Below are positions 50,950 to 63,793 of a stretch of 63,793 nt of DNA, piece by piece. How positions within the stretch are numbered: position 1 is the stretch's first letter; each line of letters starts with the position of its first letter. A program made the translations under genes and the position numbers. Below the pieces are notes generated by a model, which was given only the letters and a program-made list of their open reading frames with translations, made no database searches and had not been told where the DNA came from. The DNA is from Gnetum montanum (taxonomy: Eukaryota > Plantae > Gnetophyta), in the NCBI GenBank assembly GCA_015680685.1, contig MNCI01000461.1, positions 87,668 to 151,460 on the forward strand, written 5' to 3'.

Positions 50950-53900
50950 TAAATTAGCACATTAATTCACCACATCACAATATAAGCATAACAAACGACC
51001 ATATAGCGATAAAAGTTTACACATTACACATACGAAATAATCATCCATCAAATGTTGTATGAATATCAATACATAACATGAATAGTATCATATAGCAAAA
51101 AGTAGCAAAAAAGCCAAGTAAGGGGTACATATGGTCATTTTCAACCAATGGTGCTAGGTGGGAGTGGAGGCTCTGCTTCCTCCACCATGTTGTTGGGGCC
51201 TATAACATCACCTGGTAACTACCATCGTCATAGCAAATATGCATGGTAAGTAAGCAAAAATGAACTCTACAATCTAACTCAAAATATAAAAAAGCATAAA
51301 AAAACTAACTTGTGAGAGTCCTGGATCAGTGAGTTCTAGAGATAAATTTTCAAGGTTAGCCTCCAAGTGTCGGATGATCTTACCCTAAAAAATTTGCATC
51401 TAGTCCTCCTAGCCAAAGTCAATACCCACAAGAATCTTGCCTTTGTCCATGGTAGTCCATGCAGGTAGCTCCATAGAAATTGTAGTAGTAGAGGCCTCTT
51501 CAGAGGAGGTTATGATCTCCTTTATAGGAGACTCACTCACAACATAATTTTCTCAAATAAGTCAGATGCCTACCTTTTTCCAATCCCCTCAAGAAATATC
51601 TCGAGGTGGAAATGTTTAATAGACTCCTCCTTGTACCATTGCTGGTACATGTCACACCCTTGCTTATATTGATGCTTGTGATTCTTTTACATCTATCCCC
51701 ATGAATAGACCTTGGTGCTATAATTCCTCCAATCCTAGTTCTTCTAGATGAGCAAGTTTATTTGAAGTTGTTGCTCTATTAGCTCTCGTGTAACCTTGTT
51801 CTTACCTCTGTGAGCTATCCAATATTTGGCATATATGATCTCAGAGGTGCACTAGGTGCTATCTCCCTATGATCTAGATGCTAAGAAGTCATATTTGGAT
51901 TAAATATTTTTGATCTTCTCATCCTCGCTAGTCATCCTTTCATGTAGTTCATGCATGCATTTTCACAGGTGCTCATTCAAGTACCTGTAGACCCACAATA
52001 CCTTCACACAAGAAAGCACACACTTGTTTGATGCCTTACACATGTGACAAGGTACTTGATTGACTTTAGGAGGAAGGTCAGGAAGGGCATCCACCTTGGC
52101 CACCTTGCTTGGATCCCATTGCAACTTAGGACCTATAGGCATACAACAACCCATCAATCTTAGCCTAAAACTAAGAATTTCAGTAGTAAGCAAGATAACA
52201 TAAAGTAGGATGACATCACACACATACCAAGCTCAGGATTTACTTATTGTAGGTAGTCCATCATGTTCTCAATGATGCCTTCCATGAAGGAAAATTTATC
52301 TAGGATATCTACACATGGCTCCATGTGGTAGGTAAATATAGAACCACTAGTGCGAATAACTAATTTTGTAACACAATAATGAAAATAGCTAAACATACTA
52401 GTGGAAATAAGGGAAGATAGATGAGAATAAGAGTAGATTACCTAACAAGCCCTTAGGTGTGAGTGCAAGGGGCTCAACCAGCTAAGCACCATTAAACATA
52501 GTATCAAAATCACTCCTAGTGAGTTGGATCAACCCCTATTCCTCCAACTATTGGAGGGTCTTTTCCACCTTGTGAAGCTCATCTCCATGGGCCACCTCCT
52601 CCAAAGCTTGAGGAGGTGCTTCCTCTGCTATAGCCTCGGCTGCTTCTTTTACAGTCCTCTCTTCTTCCTTTGCAGTTAACACATACACATATATAACACA
52701 TCAGCATGCATAACACATAATTAGCTAATTAATGGTATTTCACAAGATAAAAAACATAAATATATAAATATATACATAAGTACAAATGAGACATCTAAGA
52801 GTTTACACATACTAACTTGCCACATCTACACACAAGCTTTGAAGCTTGATGCAAATCCTCTTGTTGCTTGGCTTCCTGATCTCAAGGGTAGCTTCTTCTT
52901 GAGGATGTAGCCTCTTGATCTTGGCCTTAGAAGAACCCACTATCTCTACTATATAATGATCCACCTTGCCTACATCCCTGATGCAAACTAGAGGACCCTT
53001 GTGAGTGCCCCACAAGACCCTTGGTCATTACTGATAACAACTCATTGATCCCCTTTGGGAAGGGGGGGGGGGGTTCCTACACATGTGTGATCAATAACAT
53101 GTGCTTGATCCATAGCTTGGATAGCTACTTGTGGTCCTATACCACCCATCATCCATCATCTCGCATAACTAGAAGCTTCACAAACCTTTGCAAATATCCT
53201 ACGAAGAACACAAAGTGGATGTGGGACCTCACCTAGAGGTTGAATTATAGCCTAGAAATATTTGCATGTAGGCCAATGGCTATGTATGCTACCTAGTTAA
53301 ACCTCCTATACTCTAGCAGCACTTCTTTCATCACCTATGCCTGCTCTACCCCAAGGATCTTTCCTTGGGATAGCATCTTTGAAGAGGCACAAGTTCAAAA
53401 CAGAGGGTAGAGCTCTTACACCTCAGGCACTAGAACATCCTTAATTAATATTCCCTTGTAAGATCAGGTGGCCCCCAACTAGTCTTTGATCTCTCATCTA
53501 TAATCTACCTCCCTACTGGCCTTATCAATAATCATTAGCCCATCAATAGGGATGCTAAATAGGTTGGTGAAGAAGGCCTCGTTGAGGTCCAACACTACTG
53601 TCACAACATGCACTTGGGTGACAAATTGTTTGATGTTGCTACTAAAGGAGTTGATGATGGTGACCATTTTGACCACTGGGATACTTAGGCTAAGGGCCAA
53701 AAATAGGTCCATTAACTCATCATGCGTGAGCTAAGCTATTAGTGCATCAAGTATTTTGTGGCATAGCTAGTGTTGTGCATCCGCCACATCACTATACTTC
53801 ATGATAAGGGTGGCCTCTATGGAACTTGTGGTGATTACTATTATCATGGTTGAGGTAACCACCACTGTAGCATAAAAGGAAAAAAAAAACATTAGCAACA

Positions 53901-56260
53901 TTCAAATAAGGCAAATTGAAAAGCATACACAAGTAAGCACATGAACCAAAACATAGACATGTATGTGGTACAAATGAGATGTGAGACAAGGGTGGTTCTA
54001 CAAACACCTCCTCGATGTTAATCTCATAAGTAGCCCACTCCTTATTTAACCAACCATGGATCCTACATCACTCATATGCCTTTGGGTATTAGGAGAGGTA
54101 GAACTCCAGATCGGGCCCCACCTACTCAATCATAGTTGTCCAAACATTCACGATAGATGAGAACTCCTCCAAGGCAATGTAGGTTAAGGCTAGAGCATCC
54201 ACTTCATCATGCAGGCCCTCCTCATCAACTCTAAACTTGGAATTAATCATGAGCCATTAGTAGTTTAACATGAGCTAGTAGTGAAAAACATTATGAGAAC
54301 CATGAAAGCAATTATCCTCTAGTGCAATAGATAGTTCTAGGTGGGTTTTAGAGCAGGGTATGCACCCAAAGTGTGATAAAAAAGGTGTTGTTCTTGTTAT
54401 AACAAGCAAACCTTATCATGCACCATATCCTAGATAACTACTGAGCACTCTTAGGGCCTCTGCTCAAACCACCTACCCCATCAACATTGGTAGTGAACTC
54501 ATTTGAGATGAACTTCAGGATGCCTTAGTTAGCCCTAGGCTACAACATCTCAATGATAACATTAGCAATGTCCACCACCAAGTGTGACCACATGGTCACA
54601 CTGAACTACTATAATAGGTATTCTAGGAAATCATAAGTCCCTTGCCAGAATCACATCGCCTAATGATTCACCCACATATCTAGTGTAGGCATGTTAGGGA
54701 AAATTTCACTCATGAAACATAGGATGCCCACGAGCTTAACTACTATCAGAACTAGTTTTAGCAATACCTTGCAACCACCAAGAAACAGGCAAAGTGTTAG
54801 TATACATACATAGATGCATATTTTGACATTAAATTACTAAGATAAATTAGCAAAACTAGCAAAATACAATACATACTAGCAAGAATTTCCACTTTTGACA
54901 ATACGCTCTAGGGCTTTGTGGGCATAAGATGTCGCTTAACTTGTTCGATGTGCTTGGCACTCATAGGGGCATAGCACATTTTTGTAGGAAATTTAGCATT
55001 GCACATAGTTAACAAAATTTTGGCAAATTTTTCTAACTTTGGACTACCTTAGTGCAGAGTGTAGTTCAAAAAATGTAAAAATTTTCTAACTTTGAACTGC
55101 CTCAGTGAAGAGCGTAGTTCAAAAAAATATGAAATTTTTCTAACTCTAGGCTACTCTAGTGTAGATCATATTTCTAGAAGAAATTTTACTAAACACTTGA
55201 TGGCAACTATGCTTCCAAGACATGGAGAGCATAGTCTTGGCCACGGTAGTAGAGAGTGTAGTCTCCATGCATCATTACCCTACTATGTCGTCACCCTACC
55301 ATGTGCCACATCAACTATGCTACCATGTCATCATGCACACACACCCATTGCATCTACCAAGTCCTACCCTCTTCCTCTCCTTCATCACTACTACCCTAAA
55401 CAAAGTGTGGTAGAATCTTATCTCCCTCTCCTTGCCTCTGCTACCACCAAAGACCTAGTAGAGACCACAGCTGTGTTGCATGGAGTGTAATGGTAGTCAC
55501 AGACCTTGTAGCTGTGCCATGGTGCATAACACTACATAGGTCAAAAACCTTGCACTATACATGCACCCCCAAAACCCCCGCAGCAAACTCCTCCACTACA
55601 GTCATGCAACAAAGCATAGCGATAACTGCAGTGATGTAGGTTCCTGAACCCTACAACTCCCAAAACCTCATGCACGCTAAGACCCCAACCATGTGAAAAC
55701 ATGCTCATGCATAACCCTAGCCCATGCATAATCCTCAAACCCTATAGAGGCCTAGAGGATAGTGCACGATGGTAGTTATAGCCCTTTGTGGCCAGGCTAT
55801 GCCACACAGTGGTAGCTATGGTCTCCATGGTCATGTTGTAAAACACAACACAACATCCTCCCAGATCACAACATAGCAAAGCAAAACCCTCCCTACCATC
55901 ACGATGCAAATGGTGCATAGTTGTGGTAGCCATTGCCATGGTACAACACATGTGGTAGTGCATGGGACTATGCTTCCAAATCCTCCAAAATCACAAAAAA
56001 TAAACAAAAATAAGTAAAAGGGGAATAGCATAGTCAGTGTACCTAACTAATGACAATGACCTCCTCTCCTCCATGCATGCTTATGGTAGATGACCCAGTA
56101 CTCTCTCTCCCTTGACAATGTTCACCAATCCTACGTGCAAGCATCCACTCCAATGTGTCATATTTTCCAAAACTATGCTCTCCACTAGCAAAAGCACAAT
56201 ACCAATGATAAAAATACACTCTAGATGTCTTGATTAAAAGAAAGAAAATGAAAACCTACC
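50950..56260 (-). pseudogene. Antisense multi-exon gene remnant (plant-transposon/PMD-like domain + coiled coil)
   Basis: GT-AG introns at 53865-54007 and 52133-52227, plus further donors. Exon 52817-53864 reads LFSIPIDG...RRFN*VAY. A U-rich 3' UTR lies at ~50950-51130. The 5' limit is uncertain. Confidence 0.65.
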
Positions 56261-56650
56261 AGGGTGAAACTATGCCTATATACCCTCTTGGGATCATTTA
56301 ATGATCCACCAACCTAGGACTATGCTCCATACCAAATGTCTAGTTGAGAGTGTAGTTGGGTGAGAGCGTAGTCAACCATACTTAGCTAGAAATCATGATT
56401 TTTCATTGCCCTATAAATGCACAAGTTCATTCCACTCCTAGGCATGATTGGCCTCCCCCAAAATAGCATGTTTGACATGCCTATGGCCTATCAAGGCCTA
56501 AAACCAACAAAAACACTTTTACCTTCCATAGCAACTTGCATGCATACTTAAGCAAATTTCATTAGATTATTTTTTCTCATTTTTTATTACATTTAATGGT
56601 ATTAATAAAAGCAACAATAAAAGCATCGTCACAACCATCATCAATGTTTA

Positions 56651-56836
56651 ATTAGGAAAGGGGACCTAGTCCTCAAGGCCATTCATGAACCCATAGATAA
56701 GTTCTTAGCTAACTAGGAAGGGTCTTTCCTAGTTACTAAGGCCTATGAGAATAAATCATTAAAGCTTGCTAATCAAGATGGAAATGAGTTTGCCAATCTA
56801 GTAGATCATTCATACTTGAAGCTGTATTACATCTAA
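56651..56836 (+). pseudogene. Integrase C-terminal (GPY/F) fragment
   Basis: IRKGDLVLK...KFLAN*EGSFLV...LANQDG...LKLYYI*. Confidence 0.85.
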
Positions 56837-56879
56837 CATGCAGCATTGCATGTCAACAAAGCAAGGTAAGCACTTGTTT

Positions 56880-57660
56880 GCTACGATGCTACACTAGCAC
56901 AGATCATCTGCTACGATGCTAAACTAGCATAGATCATCCACTATGATGCTAAACTACCAAAAATTGTCTGATATGATGCTAAACTAGCATAGATCATCTA
57001 CTACAATGCTAAATTGGCACAAATCATTCGCTAGAATGTTAAAATCACATAGTCATATGCTATAATGCTAAACTAGCATAGAGGTTCACTATCACTATAA
57101 ACTAGCACATAGTTCATTCACCACAATGTTAAATTGGCACAAATACTACATTCTTCTACATTGATAATAAACTAGCACAAAAACTATCCACTATGATGCT
57201 AAATTAGCACAACATTCATCAACCATGATGCTAAACTAGCGCAACTCATCCTTGGGTCACGACATTAAATTGGCACAATAGCTTGTCCACTACAACATTA
57301 AACTAATATACCCACAGGCCATCTACTATGACATTAAACTAGCATAGTCATTTGCTATGATCCTAAATTTGCATAACATTCATTTGCTATGGCATTAAAC
57401 TAACACAGTCGTATGCTATGATGTTAAATTGACACAACATTTGTTTGCTATGATGTTAAACTAGCATAGCATTCATTCACTATGATGCTAAACTACCAGA
57501 ACACTCATATGCTATAACACTAAACTAGCACACACATAGCATTCATTCACTACCATGCTAAACTAGCATATAGAAGTCTGCTAGGTCTATAAACTAGCAT
57601 AGCATAGTGTGCCAAGCTCTTAAACTAGTTTCATAGTCTACTAGGATCTTAAACTAGCAA
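56880..57660 (+). repeat. Tandem array, ~30-bp units (CTAYGATGCTAAACTAGCA + variable spacer), ~25 copies
   Basis: Directly visible periodicity; 3' UTR arrays are typical of Tat/Ogre elements. Confidence 0.9.
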
Positions 57661-58964
57661 GTCCATGGTCTACCAGGAAGCCACTAATAACTCCTTCCAT
57701 CCTCTTGCAAGTGAGAATATCCCTTGCGCCCCCTTCTACACCACTTGGGCAAGCATGCTATAGTCCTAGAATGGAGATTTTTCCATGGGAGTAGCCTTTG
57801 GAGCACTCGCAGCATCTTTGTCCCTCACCATTTTATTGGCTTTTTGAGCACTTGCCATTGTTGTAGCCTTGAAGAACTTGCAACATTTAGGCCCCTTACC
57901 ATTTTGCTAACCTTTGGAGCACTTGCAACATCTATTCCCCCTACAATTTATTGGCATTTTTCTTTTTGTTTTGTGGTGTTCTTGTCTTGTCAAAGTTGTG
58001 TTTATAGGACAAAGCCCTGGATGGTCATACAAAGGTGCATCTCATTACAATAGCAAATCACCACATTACTTCAATGTGCATGATTGTACTAGCTAAGCCT
58101 ATCAAGAGTACATGTCCTCTTTATCCCATTATAGCCCACTCACATCTACTCCTACATCCCAATACCCTTTCACTCCTCACATAGTGAAGATTGCAATGTC
58201 TTGGACATTCACATCTTGTGACCACATGGCACCCTCTTCAAGTCAAACTACAAAACCCAAGGTAGACATGACATAGGTCATCCCATGGGAAGCCTCTATT
58301 GTCTAATCAAAGCCTAGGCAGATGTAACACAAGTCAACCTAGGGAGGAAAGACCTATCATATAGATGCAATGCAATTTTGCAAACACCAAAGAAAAGTCC
58401 ATACAGTGACACATAAGCCACGTGATGAAAAGCACCTTATAGCAAGCATTTAGCAACATGAAAAAGCCAAAGAAATTTTTCCCCATAGAGAAAAAAAAGA
58501 AAATGAACAAAAAAATAGCAAAAGGAATAGATCACATTCCTAAGAAATCCAAAAGCACTACAATTTCACAATTGGTCTAGCCTTGAATCCACACTGAGTC
58601 TCTCATGAGCACTCCAATGAGAGGTCAATGTTTTCAAGGGTAAGCCACTCTGGTGCCATTGTCACCATTAGCTGTGATGTCCTTACATCATACCAGCATG
58701 TTTGCACCTCATTTTCCCTACTATTCCTAATAGATCATCTCCACCTTTTACTATCTCTTTTCACCTAATAGCTAGCATACCACCATCCATAGCACTTTTA
58801 AGCATGCTGTGATGACATCTGATTTGGTATTGAAGAGCAATGTTGGTGCCAAGTTTGCTGTGATTTTCTTTTCTTTGTTGATGTCTCAAGGGCAACTCCT
58901 CAAGATGTCAACAAAGAGGGGCCAATGAAACACCAACAATTCCAAACTAAGGCATACTAATTCC

Positions 58965-59345
58965 AATTTTTTCTAAGTGTTTGGACTACACTCTTCACTG
59001 CCCCATAGCATAGTTAGCCTCTTGTGGAGAGCGTAGTCAACATGAAGGCCAGTCTGCAATTTTTTCTAAGTGTCATCACAAAGCCAGTTTCTATAGATTT
59101 TTCTAAGTGCTGGGACTACACTCTTCACTACCCCAGAGCATAGTCAACCTCTTACGAAGAGCGTAGTTAGCATGAAAGCCCATTTTTTGTAGAATTTTTC
59201 TAAGTGCTAGGACTATGCTCTCCACTACCCCAGAGTGTAGTCTACCACTTGTGGAAAGCATAGTTAGCATGAAAGCCCATTTTTTGCAAAATGTTTCTAA
59301 GTATGGGACTACGCTCTCACTTAGTCGAGAGTGTAGTTAGTAGGA
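58965..59345 (+). repeat. ~98-bp tandem repeat (~4 copies) in LTR U3
   Basis: TTTCTAAGTG..GGACTACACTC..GAGCGTAGT units. Confidence 0.8.
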
Positions 59346-61263
59346 ATAGTCTCCAATGGCCTCCACAACATAGCACAAGCACTTAGCTTAGCTCCAACTC
59401 ACCTTTGGCAAGTGTAGTTAGCAAAATGCTTTCTTTTGTATCTCCTTTTTAACCCCAAAATTGTAACTATGCTCAATCCCACACAAGATAGTGTAGAGTA
59501 TAGTCCCAAAATGTAGTCTTCAAAATTGCATATTCTAGGTACCTTGTGGTCCTTTTAGCATAGACATGTAGTTGGTAGCCTAGTCACAGTCTTGTAGTCT
59601 TGCAAAGTCCAGTAGAGCATAGTAAAGCATGATACCACCAGCCTCAGTGGAGAGTGTAGTTGGATGATAGCATAGTCCCAACCGTTACCTTTTCCATGTG
59701 GTAGTTGCCTTGCATTTCATGCTAAACCTAACCCTATAAATACACCTACCTTCAACATTTTTAAGGTTGGAAAAATTTAAGTAGTTGGCAAAATTTAAGT
59801 GGTTGGAAAAAAAGTTGAAGTGTTAACATATCAGTAAAGTTATAGATGACCATAGCCAACCACAATCCACTAGAACACTATAATTAATGGTACACTGTAA
59901 TGGCCAACCTACCAAGCACAAACACCTTAGTGGAATTTCAATCTTCATAGCTAGACATCCCTAAGACTATGACTATGCTATCCACTATGTCTGTTGTACA
60001 TCACGTATCTTTTAATTCATTTTGGTGTTAACTACATTCAACCCCATTTGGGGTGGTGTTATACTTCTCTCTTTTTCTCTTTGCATTTTAAGCATTTTAT
60101 TTGTATTTTTCACTATTCATTGCATAGCCATGCCTGAAACCATACTTGGGTGATGGTCCTAGTATGTTGACACCCTCATTTTCACCAAAAATCTTGACTA
60201 TGCTTGACACCATTAACACAGTTGACATTGCTTGAACACTTAGCATTATTTTACATCAGCACCATAGCTAACCACGCTACATCCCTGTTGCATCTAGTAA
60301 GTCCTTGTTCGATCAAGTAGACCATTCAGGGCATCCTATCTTTGTCCCTAGCAAGCCCTCACATAGACTCAGGATTAGGCTATCTACCCATTAACCTTGA
60401 TGTTCCAATTGCTACCATTTTTGGTCACCACAACACCTTGCATAGAAAACTTCAAGAAATGACAATGATTAAACCAACACTATAGGAGAAAATGGATCAT
60501 TTAAAAAACATGTACATTCTCTACCAAGAGGTAACTTTCACAATTCTTAAGAGGAGACTTAAGAAAGATAAGAGGACATGTAGGTAAAATGGAGGAGGCA
60601 TCTTTATGTGATCCAAACTTCTACAAGTCAATCATAGACTGAGCTTAAAGAAAGACTTCATTTAGTTGTGGTTGAATTAGACGTAGCCTAGTGCTAGCTC
60701 TTCCAAGTGAAAAGGAGTCATGAGTAGTTCCAAGCTAATGTTGAGGAATGATTGAAACAACACTAAAAAAAATTCATGTTGCAACTTATTGGCATTATAA
60801 CCTTCACCATTAAACTTGAGGTAAGATCTTATTATAAATGTGAGGTTTGTAGTTCATGGGTTGCAATCTTACATCCTTTAACTTTTTGAGGTTGAAAAAT
60901 GTCTCATAGGTTGTTATTGCCTTACTTCCTATGGGGAAAAAGCTATATTAAGTATATATTTAGAATTAAAAAGGTTGAAAATTCCTTGGGAATTGCCAAA
61001 TTTGGGTTTTTCATGGATTTTATATTAGTATAAGAAAAACCTACACTAGAACCACCTATAGTTAGTGTAGCAATTGTTGGGCTTTAATTTTCACAACAAG
61101 GCTAGCATATTTTTTATGAAACCTAGCGTAGCTTCTCAAGGATAGTGTAATTTCTAAAGTTAGTTTTCTTTTTATAGCACCCAGCATATTTTTGATATGC
61201 TTGGTGCATCAAACTTACCATAAGTGGAAAGCTACATTGGAAATGATGGCTTATTATACCTAC

Positions 61264-63793
61264 TAAAACACCACAAAATTTTGGGTCTTAACGTCTCAAC
61301 TACAAATTTCACTAAGTGTTAAAATAGTGGCACTTTGTCCAAATTCTTCTAAGTGTCAGAATGATGACACAAGGTACAAAATATTTCTAAGTGTTGTGTT
61401 ACACTCTAGCATTGTAGCTATTATGCTTAGCACTATAGCTTCTATGCTCCCCTACACTCAAGAGTGTAGCAAGCATAGCCAACACACAAATGGCCAATTT
61501 TGTAGATTTTTTATAAGTGTTGTGCTACACTTCCACTACCCTTGCTATGCTCTAGAGCATAGCCAACATAGCTAGCACCTTAGTGGCTAGTTTTACCTAA
61601 GTGTTAAGCCAAAAGATGTCAAGCTAGCTCAACATGGAAGAGGCATTTGGTAGATTTTCTAACTCTTGAGGCTACCCCTCCTACTATGCTCTAGACCATA
61701 GCTAGCATAGTAAGAACAAGGACTGCAATTTTTACTAGATTCTTCTAAGTGTCCATGTTATGCCTTGTCTTTGGGGTGCATCACATGTCCCATGCATAAC
61801 ATAGGAGGATAGTAGCAACTAGAGTTGAGAAAATTTTTGAACTTTTTTTCTCACCTTTGAATTTAGAAATTTTTTTAAATTTTTCTCATAATCCCACCTA
61901 CCACACTACCACATGGTACCTGATCTGCATTTTGGGCTAATCATAGCCCTATAAATATCCCTGTGCCCCAATGTTTTAAGGGTTGGTTGGCTTCCAATTT
62001 TCACTAGTTGGTAGTTGGCACCTTCATTTGGCATTTGGCATTTTGGCATCTTGGCACTTAGCTCCATGGAAAAATGAGACCTATAGCCCACCACACTAGT
62101 AGAGAGGCATCCTTGCACTGCATAGTACACCATGGCCCCATTGCAACCTTACACTCCATAGTACACCATGGCTCCGTTGTAGCCCTACACCGCATGATAC
62201 ATTGTAGTGGCTAATCTGGCAGGCATGATTCATCACAGCGAGTGCCAGACTTCATGGCTTGACACCACTAAGACTATGATTGCACTCCCACTATGTCTAT
62301 TGTACATTGTGTACCTTCTGAGACCCTTTTGGAGTTAACTATGCTCCCATTTTGGGTGGTGTTCCATTGCTCTCTCATGTTTCTAGTATTTTATTGCATT
62401 TTTTCTACATTTTTTACACTTTTCCACATGTCATCATGTTGTACTATGCTTAGGTGGTAGTCTCTGCTAGTTGACACCCTCATTTCGGTTGAACCCCTTG
62501 GCTTACTTAGCCCCATTCTCTGGCTATGCTCTACAATTAGCATCATGAAGCATTGCTTTGACACTTAGTATTTTTTCACATTGCTTGCATTTGCATTTCG
62601 GCTAACCACGCCACCTTCTAGTTGCATCCACTACCCTTGTTGCAACTGCCAAAATCCCTATTTGATCAATAAGACCATTTAGGGCACTTTGCCTTCATTT
62701 CTAGTAAGGCCCTTACATAGAGGCAACGTTAAGGCTATGCATCCATTGATCCCTTGGTGTTCTAGCCACCAATTTTTTCAGTCATTATAGTTTCTTGGTG
62801 CTAGAAGGAGGGCCTTGTCATTTCTTTCTACATTTTGTAATTATTGTCCCATGTGATCTCTCCACCACCGGTTGGTGTAGAGTGGACCCGGTCATTGGTT
62901 CCCTTGGAACCTTGTTGGACAAAAGATAATGTGTATCTTTGGCACTTAACCAAAATTCTGGGCACTCAAGAGAGCGTAGCTAGCTTTAGCATAGTTAGCG
63001 TAGCACTAGAGTTAACCATTTTCAATAGCTTTCACACTTAGCCATTTTTTTCTACATTTTCATACTTAGCCAAATTTTTGCAATTTCATACTTAGCCAAA
63101 TTTCCGTAGTTTTATACTTAGTCAATTTTTTTTTGGTCTTCATACTTAGCCATTTTTCTACATTTTTACACTTAGCCATTTTTTTTACATTTTTATGCTT
63201 ATCCATTTTTTTTCTACTAGTATACTTAGTCATTTTTCTGTAGTTTTTAGAGTTTTCCATTTTTTGCAAATAGCAACTCTGACAACATGATTTGTGAACA
63301 TGAATCTAGATCAACCTTCCATGTTGGTGTTTGATACATTTGACATCATGATCCACCCAAAGCATGCCATGCTAAGCCACAAATAATACAATTTTGTTTG
63401 TGCCAAAATCCAAGTAGGATTACCAATGGATTGCCTTGACTTAGAGGCAAAATAGGACTATGAACAAGTCCATCTAGATAGATGGAAGTACAACCCCTCC
63501 TTGTTTGACGTAATCCCAATCATGGAGTCCTACCATCCGCTATTGTTCCAACTCATCTATGAAAATGAGCATGATGTAGGGACAACCTACAAGGAAGCCT
63601 CACAGGAGGAAGAACATGAGTTTGAGGCCCACTCCAAATGTGAGAGTGCCCTCTACACCATCTTCCAATAACTACTCCATAGTATAACCCTCCTTTGTTC
63701 AGTCTACTTGTCCTCTCCAAGATGGTGACCAAGCCAGTTTAGCATTCCTTGTAAGCAACTATTGCATTTTTCCAACCCTATGCTCACATCAGG
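61264..63793 (+). mobile_element. Tat-like element F: 5' LTR (61264-62789), PBS, leader with CTTAGCCATTTTT repeats, start of internal region
   Basis: The LTR is homologous to 24231-26115 (reverse complement); the internal part matches 340-940. Confidence 0.88.
62796..62812 (+). promoter_or_regulatory. PBS complementary to tRNA-Asn(GUU)
   Basis: TGGTGCTAGAAGGAGGG versus the recalled plant tRNA-Asn complement TGGCGCTAGAAGGAGGG. Confidence 0.75.

Larger units (their letters stand above)
47140..60432 (+). mobile_element. Ty3/gypsy Tat-like element E, non-autonomous, carrying an antisense gene
   Basis: Truncated 5' LTR to 47574 with a decayed PBS (TAGCACTAGAAGAAGG). Protease at 49430-49880. PPT AAAGAGGGG precedes the 3' LTR 58926-60432 (TG...CA). 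Confidence 0.85.

Noticed and set aside
56880-57660. CRISPR-like repeat/spacer array
   Set aside because: Spacers are only ~9-18 nt and related to each other, the repeats are degenerate, there are no cas genes, and the context is a plant retroelement 3' UTR.

Overview
This is plant nuclear heterochromatin: AT-rich, strongly CpG-depleted and made almost entirely of nested, decayed LTR retrotransposons. I see no intact host gene, and most listed ORFs are fragments or antisense shadows. Three Ty3/gypsy Tat-like elements lie at 340-6560, ~47140-60432 and 61264-end, plus a solo LTR at 24231-26115; they have a tRNA-Asn-type PBS and gag/protease remnants, and the two that can be followed to their 3' LTR have no RT. 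Two fragmented Athila-like elements carry 'putative plant transposon protein'-like ORF2 remnants. There are three Ty1/copia pol or gag-PR remnants, a gag-only SIRE-like element with a perfect TSD (33064-38726), several solo LTRs and one 104-N gap. Three observations stand out. (1) An antisense, multi-intron gene sits between the protease and the integrase C-terminus of a Tat-like element, where RT/RNaseH would be, bracketed by two arrays sharing a TAAACTAGCA core. (2) A 165-bp LTR-like insertion has a tRNA-derived Pol III head (18511-18675). (3) A TSD-flanked LTR-type insertion (42720-45816) carries CpG-retaining, gene-like fragments. All calls come from manual reading and motif recognition; no database searches were run, lineage names are tentative and internal coordinates are approximate.
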